64,000 nt of DNA, taken from the NCBI RefSeq assembly GCF_006345805.1, contig NC_043001.1, forward strand, positions 30,070,001-30,134,000, given 5' to 3'. Positions 61,942 to 64,000 of the stretch are shown in pieces. Within the stretch, counting starts at the first letter, position 1, and each line of letters opens with the position of its first letter. Made by a program: the position numbers and the translations under genes. Source of the DNA: Octopus sinensis (taxonomy: Eukaryota). The notes beneath the pieces were generated by a model. The model saw only the letters and a list, made by a program, of their open reading frames with translations, was not told where the DNA came from and did no database searches.

Positions 61942-63849
61942 TTGTCTCTCATAGTCTCAAAGATGGTTTTGCAATTTCTTGTTGAACAACTTTCACAAAT
62001 GTTTTATAATGATCACATGTATGTGCTGTGCATTGATTCGCTACCTCCATCAAATTGATGTTGCATGAACAGGTGCATGGTGTACCACAAAGCAGGTGTC
62101 AAAATGGTCACTGCACAACATGAGGTGAAATGTTTGCTCAAGAATTCACTGCACCACCTGGTCCAAGAATTGAAACCATAATCTCACAGTCATGAGTGGA
62201 ACGCCTTAACCACTAGGACATGCTCCCTCATGTGTGTGGGTAAAAGCATCATCTTTTCCATGCTTGCATTGGTCAGACAGAATTCATTGAGATAGGTTTT
62301 TTTTCATGAATAGCCACCCTTCCTGTCATCAACCCTTAACTGTTTCCAAGCTAGGTAATATTTCCCCTTAGCCAAACATGTTTTACAGAAGATTGGAAAT
62401 AAATGACACCACTTGCAGGGAAATAAAAACATTTCCAACCGTCATGCCATGTCAAGACAAGGATATACAAACACAGAAACACACGCATACGTGTACACGT
62501 ACACACACACACACAGGGTCTTCATTCAGTTTTTGTTCCATCAAATTATGTGACCATATATGTTGCAGTAACTATAATACTGTATAACCACAGTATGTTT
62601 ATGTTCCCTCCTTTCATAAATTACTAGCAGCTAAGCCCGGTTTCACCCGGTCTGTTTGGATGATGTGGCTGTAATCATTTTCAGTTAGGCATAATCTATA
62701 ACAGCGTTTGTCAACCTTATCATTTCGGGTCCCCTGTTTCGATTGAAGCCTCCAGCTATATGAAAATTTCTTGACCCCACCCTGTCAGAAAACAGCTTCT
62801 AAACAGCTGGTTGTTTTAATGGCAGAGGAAAGAGGGAAATTCCATTAGAAAAAGTTTTAATTAATTTTCTCGGTAAGTATGGGAGTTAGGAAAAAAATAC
62901 AAACTGCATTCCAATCTATGCACCCATCTCCACATGTGTGCCATTTTTCACGTGATTCCACCCAGCCGTTTGGCTGTGAGCCTCAAGACAAGAAAGAATA
63001 CAATGATCGCCCATGTCCAATTTATATTATTCACGTATATAAAATTTACCTACACTTTTTAACCAAAATTTTCAAGTTTCACAAGCATTTCAAATGGTTT
63101 TAAATTAATTTGCCAGCCACTTACAATAATGTTTACTTCTGCTAATTGTTCAACATATCAAGGCATTAAAACTTGACATGAAAATTCTTCTGAACTTTTA
63201 TGCATATGTGTGAGAGTGTGTACTTCATAAACTTTTCTAAGCACACGTATCACAGACCATAGGAACACCTCCTTATTCACTCTACCACATTTAATTTGAT
63301 GCTTCAATCTCTGAAGCATCAAATTAAATACCTCGTCACTTGTCACATAGACATACAAAAATCAGAGTTCTGATTCTGCTAGACTCAGTCATCTTTGAAA
63401 TTTATTTCTTTGAAAGCTGAATTCATCTCTTTTATCCATCTACCTTTCAAAATAATTCATCAACCTAACCAAAAGAAATCCTTATTGTTAATATTGTCCA
63501 GCACCCAGTTGCCATGATAGATCATTAGCCACTACACACATTTTTTTTCTCTCCTTGTTTCTCTCCTTATTTTTTTCTGTGTCCCTTTCTGTAGAAGAGC
63601 GTAGGCTCGAAACATAAAAGACTTTTTCTATTCCTGAGCGTTATACTAATGCATCTGTTCGTTTTGTACACCACCTGTCTTCGTCTTTTGTTTTTTTTTT
63701 TTGTAAAATCTCCTCGTATTTTATATATATTTTTTATATGTATTTTTATATATATTTTTATATGTATTTTATATATATATTCATATATATTTGAGTTAAT
63801 ATTTTTACTTATTCAGAGTTTCTAAATCATCTTTAATTTGATATTTCAG

Positions 63850-63978
63850 GAAAACTACCTGCAGCCTCTTATTCAATCTAAATTGAAATTAATGCAACAG
63901 CAAGACATAAACCAGACAGAGTTTCTGAAATTTATTGACAATGCTCTCAAATCACCTTTTAAGTCTAACATTTTAGAG
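63850..63978 (+). CDS. PRKDC: DNA-PKcs exon 25: ENYLQPLIQSKLKLMQQQDINQTEFLKFIDNALKSPFKSNILE
   Basis: ttcag| and |gtaaat; resembles human [32 protein letters not shown]..KAILE. Confidence 0.96.
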
Positions 63979-64000
63979 GTAAATGCTTTTTTGCACACAA

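Overview
AT-rich eukaryotic genomic DNA, most likely an octopus; this is inferred from the tRNA-derived SINE and RTE-tail repeat families, not from a search. The whole window lies inside one large + strand gene, PRKDC (DNA-PKcs). I assembled 25 consecutive GT-AG exons by hand (3,448 coding nt, all splice phases compatible, no stops). They run from the 'HCAAYN' region through the PQR and ABCDE autophosphorylation regions and the YRPD motif into the FAT domain, roughly human residues 1940-3090 as recalled from memory. The gene starts upstream and continues downstream of the window. Introns are packed with SINEs, 5'-truncated RTE and CR1-like LINEs, mariner/Tc1 and piggyBac remnants and MITEs, Helitron/Helentron-like elements and solo LTRs. 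Most notable: (1) three minimal hammerhead-ribozyme-like motifs in Penelope-LTR-like repeats, two of them in the pre-mRNA sense; (2) a 9-copy 102-bp hairpin satellite amplified inside a foldback element; (3) a ~6.9-kb, ~168-bp AT-rich satellite in intron 7; (4) a 254-bp loop-less palindrome just downstream of the ABCDE exon; (5) loss or relocation of most canonical SQ/TQ sites in the PQR and ABCDE clusters. Exon numbers are local to this window. Exon coordinates are exact as counted; most repeat boundaries are approximate.
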